Virus record (IMG/VR): IMGVR_UViG_3300032323_001800
Span: 64,001-128,000 of that record
Strand: one strand, 5' to 3'
Source: a virus
DNA: 64,000 bases
Part shown: one piece after another, positions 10,064 to 25,000 of the stretch
How the letters are laid out: every line of letters begins with the position of its first letter
How positions within the stretch are numbered: position 1 is the stretch's first letter
Made by a program: the position numbers and the translations under genes
The notes under the pieces: generated by a model
Database searches by the model: none
Told to the model about the DNA's origin: nothing
Seen by the model: the letters and a program-made list of their open reading frames with translations, nothing else

Positions 10064-13000
10064 AGAGCAATTTTGTTGTTCGCTGTTGCAGGAATTTAGC
10101 AATAGGTGTAGTATTTTGGCTCAGCGTAACGCCTGTTGTAACTTCGTCGGCGCCTTGATTATACCAAACTTTTCCAGTTCGTTTAATAACTGTAATACGT
10201 GCTCCGGCTGGCGGAGTTTGGGTAATTCTTATAGCATTTGTTTGATTATCAACTGAAAATTCTGCTTCTAAAGTGACATCTCCCGCTGGACTGTAAGATC
10301 CTACTGTAGAATCATACACTGTAATTGGATCCTTTCTCAAGCGGCGACCTTGAACAAAAACTTCAATAGTATCGCAAGGATAAAAATTGTCCGGAATAGA
10401 ATTTGTATATGTAAATTCTACTAAGATTCCTTGCTGATTTTTTCTTGCTGCTGGAACAAACGGTAATCCTGTATAAATTTCAGAACTACCATCTGCTACA
10501 AAATCGTACCTATCTTGTGATTCTTTGTAAGGAACAATTTCTCGATATCCTACATCCACAACATAAGATTCTACAGGATGGGTAATTGCTATAGAAGTTC
10601 CTAATGTTCCTCTTCTTAGATCCTTTAACACATTTCCAACTTTGCGTAGATACTCAATTCTTTCACCGTTAATTGTTACAATTCCCGGCAATTTTAATTG
10701 AGGAGTACTTAATGTAGTAGCATCATTAACTTCCATTTCGTCATCGTAATAGTTAAGTTCTTTAGTTAGCTTAACATCCGTAACTGTATATCTATTATAG
10801 TGATGACTATTTAAAATATCTTTAAAAATTTCAAAAGCAAATGGTTGTTTATAAACCTCAGTAGCAAAAGAAATTATTTCTATTTCATCATCTTCTGTAT
10901 TACTATCTTTTAGATAAACAGTATTTCTTGGATAGTCAATATAGAAATCCACATCTGGAGTTAATCTGTCTCCGTTTTTATAAACCCAAACATAAGACAC
11001 TCCTAACGGAGCTCGTTGAAGTGGGTAATTTAATTGGCCACCAGTTCTAACATCTTTAACTAAATCTACTGACGAGTAACGATCAAACCAAATAATATCA
11101 ATTTTATCACCGGCTGTTAAAATTACATCATTAGATAACACAAGATTATTATCAATAATTTCATATTGCACTGCTTCGTATGTTTCTACTCGGATAACAT
11201 CACCGTGGTTTATATTTTGTTTAATAACATTAACACTGTTTGTAGCAGCTGAGAATTCATATTCAATACCAAATATTAGTGGAATATTGTTAATATAAGC
11301 TCTTACCTGAGCTTGAACAATTCCGCCAAATGTTTTTAATGGATCTCGTCCAACATTAACTATTCTATTTGTTCCGTCATATGTCTGTATAACGGTGTCA
11401 GCACATCTTAACAACTTATTGTTTAACTCAACAATAACGTTACCTGTAGCTGACGCTTGTAATTCAACAAAATCAGTCACAGCATATGTACGCTGAGAAG
11501 TATTAGTAACTGTTATAGTTTGATAGTTTGCTCTCACAATAGAATTGTCAGTTCCTGATTCGCCTGAAAGAACAATAATAGATACTTTAGATCCATTAGG
11601 TGGGGCAATACCAAACTCAACTAATGCTTTGTCGATATTATTAACAACACCGTTACTGTTAACAAATGCTACAGGAGTTGTTGAATAATCCACGGTAGCA
11701 AACACTCGACCGGCTTCTGCGTAAGATGCTGCTGTTAAGAAATATCGATTTGAACCGTCGCCTACAAATTCTCTATAATCTAAAATTTCAACACCGCCGA
11801 TACTTATTGAAAATATTTCAATTAATGAATTATTAATCGGTGCTGTTAAAAATCTTATTTGTTGTGTATCTGATACAAATGTATAATCAACATCAACTTC
11901 TTGTTTCACCTTATCAACAAACACAATAACAGAAGAATTTTCAAGAATAGTTTGTCCTATATTGTATAAAATAGTTGTGCCATCAGCGGTATAAATTCTT
12001 GACAATATCGCAGGTGCTCCTTGTCGATCTGAATGGAATACTTTTATGCTTACAGATTCTAGTACTTGCCCCGGAATGTTTTCTTCAGGAGCAGGAACTT
12101 GATCAGGACTTATAAACTTATCACCTTCGATAACTATCTCAGCTGCGGTTAACCCTGTTGCCGTTGAATAGGCTCCATTAATTGCGTTTGGTGCAACTAA
12201 GTTTCCTGTAGTATTGCTAGATAACAATCCACCGCTAACGTCGGCGTCGATTAGGTTAGCGTCTGTAATTGATAAAGAACCATCGCTAGTATCTGGACGG
12301 AATATCAGCACGTCGCCGTCTTGTATCGTTACCGCTGGAGGAATTACTATTGACCGCGTTGATCCATCACCAATAAATGTATCCATTACTGCTGTATCTA
12401 TCGGAGCATCACTCAATACTAGTATATTTTGCAATACTTGATCTAATGTTTGTTCCAACAAAACTACTGACTGAGTAGCGGTATTGTATTCTGTAGTTGC
12501 CGTTGCTAGTGCTGAATTAGCATTAGATAATGCTAAAATCAACGGTGCTTCAGCAGCCTCTAATGCGTCTAAAGTTACATTTAACGCATCAATTTCATCT
12601 TGCTTATCATTGATTTCTGTTTGTTTATCATCAATTGCAGAAACTATAGCATCAAGTTGATTCACCAATGTCTGATATGCTGGATTAGGAATAACATTCG
12701 ATGGTGGAACAAAAATTGTAGGCGGAGTTGAAGCAATTTGTATTTCTATCGACGATTTTTGATTATTTAAAACACTCAACTCGACCTGTAAATCTCCTCG
12801 ATCGTTTTCGGCCTGTGTAATGTCGCTTTCAATAGATGAAATTTCTAGTTGTTTGTTCAACAATAGTGTATTAGCAGAATTTCTATCAATCTGAGCTTGA
12901 TTTAACAAATTTAATTTTTGTTGTTTAATAAGATTTTGATTAATAATTTGAGATTCTAATGTAGTCTGTTGATCTTCTAAATTGTTTCTTCTCTCATTTA

Positions 13001-16000
13001 AATTTTGTCCCTGAAGAACTGTCACAAACTCAGTATAATTTGTATCGTCAATTCTTTCGTAAATTCCTGTAACAGAATTTCTTAGATAAATGTTGATTGC
13101 TTGCCCATCTAGTGGCACTTCGGGCAATACAAACATATTTGTAGTTCCGTCGGCAGTAATATAAAAATCTGAATTTAAAGAATCAACGCTATCCCAGCCT
13201 TCCGTAAACCAAGGCAGTGCATCCCAGCCGCCGCTGACGTCTAGTGTGGCACCTTGAACTACTACTCCACCAAAGTCTATTCCTGTTATTAGTTGAGAAT
13301 AGTCGTAATCAATCTTAATGATTTCTTGCGTAATATCATCTCTAATAACAGTTTTTTCTAATCCTATCATTCCATCTGTAGGATTATAATATTTGTCTAT
13401 CCTGTTGAGAGAATCTAATGATTGGTCATTTTTCTCATATTCAACAGTTACAAGAATGGTTTTTGCTGGTGCTGAATTAAGTGTTAGTTTTCCTACTTGG
13501 ATAGTTAATCCATTAACTTTAGTAGTATCAATAGATACACTGTACTGGCCGGTTAATAGCTTTTGTCCTGGTGAAGTAGTTGTATCAGTTATTAATTTTG
13601 TATAGACATTTACCTTTGTCTTGTCAAGTGCTGCAGGATATTTTAACTCAAATACAGTCTTACTTCCAGTGCCAGTAAAGGTTTGAATTTCTTTAAATTT
13701 CTCATCCAACGCCTTGGCTGTAAATGTAGATGATTTACTTACTCTATCAAATTTCATCGATACATCAAAAGTTCTTGCTTTTGTGTTTCCAATTACCGCA
13801 ATAGCAGTTGCAGCGTTTGATAAGTTAGTTCCAACCCCGCCTACTAATTTTACCGTTGGCGCAGAAATATATCCAGTTCCGCTGTTAGTTAATACTATTC
13901 GACTAACTTTTCCATTAGAGATAAATGCTCTAGCAGACGCACCTGTGCCACCGCCTCCTTCAAATACCACAATCGGAACAGTTTTATATCCGGATCCAAC
14001 GTTAGATATTTGAATGTCTATTACTGAGTATTTGTAATTGTCTAACCAGTATTTCCATGGATATGTATCAATTTCAGTAGAAATAATTTTAACAGGTTCA
14101 ATACTGTTAGTATCAGGATTATATACCGAAGGAACATCGAAGTCGCTGAAACTTGTCGATGTATTTTCAGTTCTAATATATCTACTTGTATATTCTCGTA
14201 TCTTAGTTCGGTACGGTTTGACTTCTTCTATATACTTTTGATAGCTAGGTAAATTGTCACTCTTGTAAGTGATCTTTTGTGTTAAATTTCCAACGTTATG
14301 GATGGCATTAACAAAACTTGTTTTAAACGCCCAATCTACATATAACTGTTCTGAAAATGCATAATGAATATTAGCAAAGAAAAGTTTATTCCATTCTACT
14401 CGCAGATCATCTAAGAAAATATCATTCTTAACAGATTCTAAAATAATTCTAAACTCTCTAGCCGAAGACTGATCGTATCCATTACTATCAAATGATGTAG
14501 TCTTATCATATCCTGTAGAATTACTTTCAGTGTTTATAAAACTGTCATTTATTTGTATTGTTCCGTTTGATCTACCAACAAGTCGATACTTATCGAGTAT
14601 AGTTGAATTTTCTATAGACGTTCTTTCTAGTACTGCCCAGTTGCCAGCACCATACTCTCGTATTCTTAGCAATTGACCAATTGTTAAATTAACTTCAGAT
14701 TCTTGATATAGTCCTACAATTTCATTAGTGATTCTAGATTTTTCTGAGAACCCTTCAGCCCACCAATCAATAGTAGTCCAGTAATTTCTTGTGTTGTATG
14801 ATTGAGTAGCAGTTCTATAAAACTCTTTTGCTTTTTCATTCCAGCTGTAGATGCTCCAATAATTTCTCACAGTTGAATCAGATTTAACTAAAACTGCAAA
14901 TTGTCTAACAGACAACGCTGCTGAAAGATATTTTGCTCCAGAATTTACAACAGTCACAGATATTACTCTACCCAATCGATCAATGTTGGCACGCAATATC
15001 GCGCCTGATCCTGATCCAGTAACTATAATTGGAGGAGATACCCTATATCCATATCCGGCTTCAATAACATCTACAGTATCAATTTTTCCATTAGCAATAT
15101 TTGCTTTTAAAATTGCGGGAGATATCTTTGACGTAGAAACTAATGCTAATTCTTCTTTAGTTTCTACCGTTCTATCATATAGATTTTTAACATCTGCCGG
15201 GGCAACTTCAAAAGAATTTAATCTAGTAGTATTAATAATTTCTGCAAACGGTCTTGTTTTTAAAATATTATTAATAAAATCTAAAGTTATTTGTGTTGCT
15301 TTGTTTCTATCAACAAACATACTCTGACGAGGTCTGCTTGATAAACCATACTTAAATTTTGTTGGCAGTTTAAAATCTGGAACATCTTTTCCTGTAATAT
15401 CGTAACCAATTAATGAATCAATCCATTTATTTTCTAGTTCAGGAGACGGCAGGCTGTCTGCTACTCCTTCGGTTAGAAGCTGATATTCTCTATGGACTTG
15501 ATTAATTTGTTTGCTGTTTTTATAGAACTGAATAGTAACAGATACATTATTTCCAGTAATTGCTATTGTCGGATTATATACTGCAATTTTTTCGTTGTCT
15601 ATTAATGCCGCAAAAGTTATTCCTGTACCTAAAGGATTTTGAATGTATTGAGCTACTGAACTTGCAGCAATCTTTCTAAAGTTTTTATTAGTTGGTAACG
15701 TTATTTTATCTTTAACCCAGTAATAATAAATTCGAGAACTTACTCTTCCAGTCAAAATATCTACATTTTCTTTAACAGAGTATGAACTATTATCAGGGTA
15801 TAGTGGTGTTCCCGATACTCCAACACTGAATGCGTCAGCTGTGACTGTTATATCAGCCCACTCACTAGGAAGATATTCAGTTTCAACCCATTCATACACA
15901 TCAATCGACGATCCGTATGCTAAAGAGTTCCATCCTCCTAACTTGTAAGAAATGTCACCCTGGTTATAATTTGCCCACTTAACTGTGCTTGTGTCCCACC

Positions 16001-19000
16001 ACAAATAACCTACCATGTTGTCAAACCAGGCTCTAGATGCGTCAGCAGAAGTACCAACTGAATAAACTGCAGGATCGTAGGATGTTTTAAATTTTAATTC
16101 TTGTTCAGCGACTGATAAAATTTTTCCGTTTAACGGATCTATTACATCAACGTCTAATAGTTTAATATTTGAATCGGAATCGAATAAAGATAACGATTTT
16201 AATAATGTTAAATCAACTACAGGCTCTTGGCTACGTAACGGTGACCAGGCATTGATATTTTTATATTTTCTAAATGTTTGAACCTTACCTATGACTGAAC
16301 CAAGAAATGCATCTTCCGAAGATGTAAATGCAGGAGATCCTATAATCACTCGATCGTCAAAACATGCTAAAGATTTTCCAAAATTTTCTCCAGTGATTAA
16401 ACCTTCATCAAAAGATTCAGATAATATAAACGTATCACCGTATCTATTATAGATATAAACTTTACCAGTAATTCCTACCGGGTCTCTAAATCTTGTTAGC
16501 AAGTAGTCAAAGTTAGTTTCGCCTCTATCAAAATTTATTAATGTAGATGCTACAGCCGAACCTGCAGTAATGGCTATTGTGTCAGCCGTTGGAGATACTG
16601 ATATTTCGTCTCCGAATCTTTCAAAGAAATCAAAAGAGTAACTTTCTAATCGTTGAATATATTCAAATCTATTATTAACATTTTTAAAGACGAACACAGC
16701 ACCTTTGTCTTTTTCTTTAATGTCGGCATCCGGAGCTGAAACAAATAATAAATTTCCTTCACGGCTTAATACAACCTTAAATCCAAGCTCGTCTCCGGAC
16801 TCTAGATCGTCAGTGATAATATCATTATCGTCGATCGTTTGAACTAGTTCATAAATGTTTTCTTGATTTTTTAGATAAACAAATACTGCTCCAGTATTAT
16901 ATTCAGATGCGTTCGATACCTTTTCCCATACTGTTCCACTAACTGGAAGTTGATTTAAACTTTCAATAGCTAGTAATTTATAATATGTTGGTTGTGCTGA
17001 CTCGACAATTTTTACAACATCGTTACGATTATATTCTTGATAAGACTTCCATGTACCTTTATAATTTTCTAAATCCGCAGTATCGGCAAACGGAGCTCCT
17101 ACTACTAACAACGACGCATCTGAGGACATTGTTGTAGAATATCCATATCGATCTCCTACATTTAATAACTCAGGAGTTTGATCTCCAACCAAACCAACTT
17201 CAATAGATGAACCATCATTCGGATAAGCAGGCTGTATTGGCAATATACCAGCATTGAGAGAATTAACTAATTCCCAACCAACTGTGTCTGTTGTAATCGT
17301 TGTACCGCTATTTTTAAAATACGGAACAGTTGATCTCCAATAGTTATTATTATACCATACTATCGATCCAGTTGCATAATCGTTGGCTGGGTTAAAAATC
17401 CCTACAAAGTTATTATCATCCGATTGTGTCCAATTAATACCGTCAAAACTGTATAGATAAATTCTTCCTTTGCTATCTAACGCACCAGGAGCAGAAATAG
17501 CCATATAATATGCTTCTGATGCTCCTCCTATGTTAGATCCTAAAATTCTAATTTGGTCTCCAACGTTATATCGTGTTCCTCGAACATTAACCGTAGCAGC
17601 ATATCTGCCGTTAGATCTAACCAGTTCAAAAATTGCTCCTGAACCGCTTTGACTAATGTCAGTACCAATAATATCCGAATATGACCCTAACCCTACTGAT
17701 GTTCCTACGAAACTAACTCCGGATTTAGCAACACCTGAGATAGTAAAGTTTCTGATACTGTTATCAATAAACTTCATTGGATTAGCAGATGGCGATGATG
17801 CTGATGTTAAAGTTACAATTTGTTTTGTTAAAGGGTCACTGTAAATTGTAAAAGATGTACTGTTAATAATCTCTTTTACAAAGTACTGGCTTCCTGAAGA
17901 AATCCCGCCGACCGCACTGCCTGTAAAGACAATAGGCATATCAACTCTTAATGTAGCTGTAGATCCTACAACAACCGTTGAGTTAGTTTCAAATGTTCCA
18001 ACAGTGGTTATTGGTAAGTTTGGGCTTACTCTAATTAAAAGATCGTTAGCCGGTGTGTCACCGCCCAGTGTTGTACCCGGAACCAAAATAGTAGATCCCG
18101 ATCTATATTTTGTCAAGTCTCCTAAATTGCCATCCGATGTTGATGTTACATAGGCTTTCCATGGAGTTGCTAAACTTAAAAATGTGCCTGCTGAAACTTC
18201 TTCCCAATATTCAAGATTAGTAGGGAGAATCGGTTCTGATACTTCCCAATAGTCAGTATCAGTTGGTAACACAAATTGTACTTCTTGTATTGATCCATCC
18301 AGTCCATTTTTAACTCTATAGTACGAAGACGATCTAAACGGATACTTAACCACATCTCCTGTATAGTAAGTGGCGTTCGAGTCCCACACACCTCGATCTG
18401 TCTGGGTATCTTTTATACAGCCATAATATCTTAAACCTAATCCTGGAGCAGAATATGAAACAATACTTCTTCCAGTGTATCCCACACCTCTGTTGATTAT
18501 TGCTACTGCGTATGTATTTCTAGTACGTGTTACATTAAACACAGCCTCATTAGTTGGAATAGTGGAGTTAATACCTGTAAGATTAGAATATGTTTCAGAT
18601 CCAATAATTGAACCGCCGGTGTCAATGGCTGTTACTGTAATTAACAAATCGTTTTCTGGAGACGACCCACCTACCTGTGTTCCTAATACATTTATTTGAT
18701 CACCTAACGCATATCTTGTACCGCCGTTTCTCACGGTTACTACATATGTGCCACCGGATTTTGTAATGTTAAACGAAGCGCCATTTCCTGAATCACTGAT
18801 GTCTGTACCACCAATGTTTTGGTATGTGGCATCTTTTAATCCGCTAGTTCCCACAGCATCAACAATAGTAATACCGCCGTTAGGGTCAATTGCTTTAACA
18901 ATTAACGTTACATCACCGCTGGTGCCTTCAATACCTTCTTGTTTTCCGATTGAAACACTGCTACCAAATAGTTCGTTAGCTTCCGGGCGAGGACTGATAA

Positions 19001-22000
19001 TTGTTTTTCTATATGTCCATTGACCTTGTGTAAATTCAAAAATATCAACACATCCCTGTTTAGGGTATCCTGGATTAGTACCTATTAAGTTCTTAGCTGC
19101 AGGTTGTGCTTCATGTAGATCAACTGGGCTCCAGTCATCGCTACTTAGGTTGATTGTGCTGCCGTCACCTAAAATAGGTTTGTTAGCTTTCCATAATTTT
19201 CCTGTGTAAATCACAGTGTCGTTGGTATTATATTCTGCCGAGGTACTATACTGCCCTTTAAATCCAGAAGGAATTCCAGAAGCAGTTGGTGACGCAACAA
19301 GTAACCATCTTCCGTCCGGACTTACCGATAACACAGTTCCGTATGATCCTAATAGCTCAGGTGCAATTTCAAATATAGGACTTAATACTTGACTAGGTAC
19401 TAGGCCGTCTAAACTCTGTGTATAAACAATTACAGCAGAATCTCTCGATGTATCGTTAGAAGCAACTCTAGCACCAGGATTAGACACAATAGTCTGATCC
19501 CTTGACGGAACGTAAGCAACCGCACTGCCCATGCTTGCTGGGAACGAAACACCATATTCTGATATTCCTGTTTTAGAATATTGTTTTGTACGCTGTAATA
19601 CTTCCCAATTTCCGGTAGCATTTTTATCTAACCATACTTTAGAACCTAATGGAAGAATTGAAAAATCTTCCTTTATTAATTCGTCAGTGCTGGATATTCT
19701 CGCTGGCAGGAAAACACCAACATTACAGAAAGAACTTTGATCTATTTCTGGTGGTTCTTCAAATCCCAATACCTCTATAACGATTGTTGTAGTGTTTGAC
19801 GCTTTAATTTTATAAAAACCTGTCAACCCTTTAATATTTGTTAAACCAATAATAGTTCCGGTTGTTAAACGATGTGGTCTGTTAGTTGTTATAACTGCAT
19901 TTCGTTGATCAATGGCCGCAACCGCAATTACTGTTACATTGGTTATTTTATATCGTAAAATATCCCAACCACCCGTTTCATACGTTATCCAAATTACAGA
20001 ACCATCATTAAACTGTGTTACATCGTTTCCGATTAATTCATCAAAATTCTTAATTACAAAATCTACGTCATCGACATTAACATACCCTGCTCCGGAATTA
20101 GGAACAGAAATATTTTTAGTTTGAATAATTTGATTTTTACTATCACCAATTTGATAATTTTGGTCTGATAATACTATGTAATTTTTATATTCATTTTGAT
20201 CAATTGAACGATCATTTAAAATAATAGGTTGAGGATTTAGTTTAAATTGGTCTTTGCCTATTTTAAATTCAATTTCATTAAATTGATCTGTTCCACCAAT
20301 TTGTCCTAATCTAAATGCCCATTCTTCATTTATTTCAATAGCATCGCTATCAACAGAACTTATTTTATCAAATATTTTTTTGATAGAATTGTTAGTTCCT
20401 TTTTCTCTAATAAATCCTTGATATAATCTGTATTGTGTTACATCGTCTTCGGCAAGATCTCGTAGATAATCTCTAGATTGATATCCAATAGAATGTCTAG
20501 CTAATTCTCGCTGACTAGATCCCAACCCTTCCGAATCTAAATCATAAAAGTCTTCAAACTGACTTATCCTATAATCAAAATTTGCTACTAAACCAGTTTC
20601 AGGACGACTATCTAATTTTTCCCAGTTGCTAGGATTAAATTCAGCCTCTCCCGATTGTGCTACTTTGCTTACGTAATTAAATTCTTTATAGGTAGCAATA
20701 TCTCCTAATTTGTAATCAACAAACGGTGACCACGGTTGGATATTGACATCGTCGAATAAAAATCCAGGGCTAGTATAATCGCCATCCCAATCAGTTGTTC
20801 TAAAACCTAAAACTTTGATTCTCTGCTGTCTATATCCTGGACCCTTGTCAAACATGACATCATTGAACATAGTTCTATCAGAAAATACAACTACGTGTTC
20901 TTTTAACACATAGTTAATTCTAGCAAAATATATGCCGTCTCTGATATTAACTGGAGCTATAGCAAATTCGTTGTATCGTCTTATAACATCAATGTTTGCC
21001 GGTAATAATTTAGTTCCGTCGCTCTTTAAAATTGTATATTCATAAAATGAATCTAAAAGGTTATCTGCAACTCCGCCGGTAGATATTAATTTTAATTTAA
21101 TGGCTGCAGGGCTTACTGATAAGATTGCTCCCGGTGCCCAGTTATGACTGGTCCAGAACATAAATTCTTTTGATGTAGTTTCCCAGTTAGCAACTGATTG
21201 AAGTTCGCTGCTGAACTCGTCGAATACAAATCCAAGATCTTTTAATCGTTCTCCGTATCCTAATAAGAAATCAACAACATCTTGAACTGTTTCTAACGCT
21301 GTTCCGTATGATAATCTCTTTAAATCTGTCTTGTCAAAATATGTTCTTTTGGTTGCTTCAATAGCACCAACAAGAGGAATTTGAGTTATTCTAACCCATT
21401 TAGTTGCATCAAACTGGTCTTCCGATGTGTGGGCTGTTACAGATCTAAAAAATTGCTCGTTGTATCTTACAATTATACCTTTGGTATAGAATTGATTGTT
21501 TTGCCACGCAACGTATGTTTCGCTAACACCGCCTACAAATATTTTAGGATCTGCGTTGGTTGGTAACGAAGGATAATATTCAAAATATGTGTTTAGTCGA
21601 TCATATCCTCTAATAATCCATGCTCTAGCCGACTTTTCAAGTATAACTCCGGAATATGTAAGACTCTGTACAGATGATCCGATGTTAAAAAATATGTCAT
21701 AATTTTCTGGAGGTATAAAAACACTGCTTGTAGATGCCTGTGGATTTTTAGAATCTAAAATATATTTCTGTTGTGACTTATCAACAAATCCGCCAATTCT
21801 ATTAGACATGTTAATATCAAAATTTTCTAATTTTTCAATTAATGATGTTTTGTCTTTTAGATCAACTTTTAAATAATTGTCAATATAGTAAAACAATCCA
21901 GACGGAGTAATATCGCCATTAAGGATTTCCAGTAAGTCAGAAATTTTAACAAAATAATTACTGTTAGAACTTACAAGCTGACCTAATTTATTTTTCTTAA

Positions 22001-25000
22001 CTTTAGTTTTATCTAAACTTGCAGGAATAAATTCAAAAGGTCTTAATAAGCACAAAGCAAAAATAACACTGAACGGATAAGCAGAACTTTTTCTCCAAGC
22101 ATACTCTGCCGGAGCGACATCACCAAATTTAAAATCTAGTTGATTATTAAATGTAGAATAATTGTCAAGAACATTTAATAGTAACGGATTTTTTAATTCA
22201 CCGTCTTCATCTGTAGGAATAATATCTAGTAAATTAGATCTCTTATATCTGTCATGCTGGCCGGCTCGTGGGCCTTGACGAATTATACCGTCCTTTAAGT
22301 CTTCCCATAAAATTAAGTTTCCGCTGGTATATGGAGCAGGACCGTATTCATCTTCCCACCATAGTGGTTTTTGTGTAAAGCCCAACATTTCCCAAGGTGA
22401 AATATGTGGTCTGTCAGTATCATATAAAGATAAAAACATACCTCGCCAAAAGCTAGGCAATTCTTCTCGAGTAGTTTTATCGACTACTTGAGAATATGTA
22501 TAAGTGAATGGGTTTGACACTTGATAAAAATTATTACCAAATAGATCAATGTCAGTAGTGGATGCCCATCTTAAAAATTCTTGATTTATTACTGTATTAA
22601 AATTAGACTGTGTAAAGATTCCAGTTTTATAAAATGACGATAATGTTTTATCAATATCAAATGTTTCTTCGTCATATTCAATTTTTATGTTATTATAAAT
22701 TCGTTTTTCTAATTCTAATAATAAATCGTCTCTAAAGTCGTTGAATGCAATTGTTATACTGCCGTCGTGGCCTCTTATTACCTTTTTAGGTTCTAGGTAT
22801 GTAGTATCAACATAGATTTCTGGTTCGTATTTTTTATACATTCCCATCTTGGTAGGTGTGGGAGGTACAAAGTTAAATGCTGTTGAAAAATATTCTTTAA
22901 TTTGAATATTATCGTTTTCATTTAATGGTTTTAAAATTTTAACAAAACCAAACGTAGCATCAAACTCGTAGTCTTTACCGTTAATGCCTTGTTGATTGTT
23001 TATATACACATAGGTTGCTTTCGATGATATTACCGATAGATCAAATTTGTCACCTAAGGAAAACACATTGATACCAGTGTCTTCAACAGTATAATCAATA
23101 GTCGTAAACGCACCAGAACCTACCATGTCAGAATCAACAAATGGTGATTTAATTGTTTTTGCCTGAGAAATAGTTGTTAAAATATCATCAACAAATTTAA
23201 CAGGATCTCCGTTATCATATGGCAATTCTATAGCTAATGTTAAAAAATTATTTTTAAACTTTTCGTATTCAGCTGAAGCAAATCTAATCGAATTTATTAT
23301 ATTTGTTTCTTTATTGCACAACAAATTAATCGACAAAGTTGGAATACCGGAATGTTTTAAAAATCTTCTTCCGTACTGTTCATAATCAATTAAATCTCTT
23401 AAATTGCCGCTACCGGGATATGTTCCTTCAAATCCATCGACTAGCTCAACCATTGATCCTAAATGATCGTTAAGCTGTCCTAAAGTAAATGACTGTAGAT
23501 CTTGATTTAACGGATTTCTTTCAAGACCAAACGGGATTTCATAATAACCATCAACTGGTTCAGCGTCTGAATAAACTTTAAAGGTCACAGTGTCACCTGA
23601 TATCAGTTTATTACTAACAGTTATTTTCTTTTTATTGTTTTCAATAACAGTACTAATAGGAGTTACTAAATTTCCATTAACATAGCAAATTGTTTTATCT
23701 CTAGTAGATGAATTCCAATCACATGCTGTTGAAATTACAACATTGGTATCTTCTAATACTGTAATCGTTTGAATAATTGCCTGCAAATATTTGCTGTCAA
23801 TCAGTGTCCATCCGTTTTCGTATGTGTATTCAGTTAATGATCTATTATTTCTATAATACCCTTTATTCACTAATTCTGTGATAATTTGAAAATTTTCTTG
23901 GTATGAGAAGTTATCACGGTCCCAGTCAAATTCAAACTGGATGTCTCCTGAATTGTTAATATTCAGATAGCTTAATGGAAACTCGAGTTCGGTATCATTA
24001 TTTCCCGTACCAATCACATAACTAATAATTTCTGATCCAGTAAATGACGAAGTGTTGTACTTTGTTAAATCTCCTACAGATACCCCGTCAATGTCAAATA
24101 CATCAAATAGTGGCGGTTGATTTACCTTTGTTTTTTCTTGGCTTCTAATCCATGATTCACCGTTAAAGTGAAACATCTTATTTCTATTTTCTACACCACG
24201 TTTAACAACCAGCCCTTCACCGGGATTAGAAACAGTGTCTGTAGTCTCTATCAAACTAATTTGTCGTCTATTAACAATATTAGTACTAGCTTGTACTGTA
24301 ATAAATTTAACTTCAAATATTTTATTTTTTACTAAAGGATCAGTGTCTGCTGTAAAAAGAATTCGATATCCGTCTGTTAAAGGCTCTCCGTCAATGTTAT
24401 AACCAGATGACCCTTCGATGACTGAAAATATATCAGTAGTAAAGTCGTCAATTAAATCAACACTGGTTTTAGCAACAACGCCATGATTAAACAGTTGAAG
24501 GTCGGCATTAAATTCAATAATTGGTCTTTTTGCTCTTAGATTTTCATCTATTTTTGCATCAGTGTTATTGAGCTCTCCGGTATATTCTAATACAGATCTA
24601 TGGAACCATCTATTATATCTGCTCCATGGATTTTTATCTAAACTAGATCGATTAATTGTGATATAGTCTTTGCTTCTTGGATACGATAGTGATTCATCAA
24701 ACGGTTGGTCATCGAATCCGCCATCGTCAAACAACACTTCTGGATTAGGATTCGAAATAGGTGGAAGTTCAATGGTTTCCCAATTAATTAATCGTATAGC
24801 ATCTCCAACACCCTCGATTACCCAAGATCCTTGTTTATAAATTGAAGGTGATGTTTGTCCTTCAAATTTAACTCTTAGACCATTGGTAAATTTAACTCCG
24901 TTCGAACTAATATATTTTTGCTTGCCTATAACATCTTTCTCAATATCTAAGAAAGTGTTTTCTTTAATTTCAGCGATCCTAAATGTTCCAACTCTATCTC

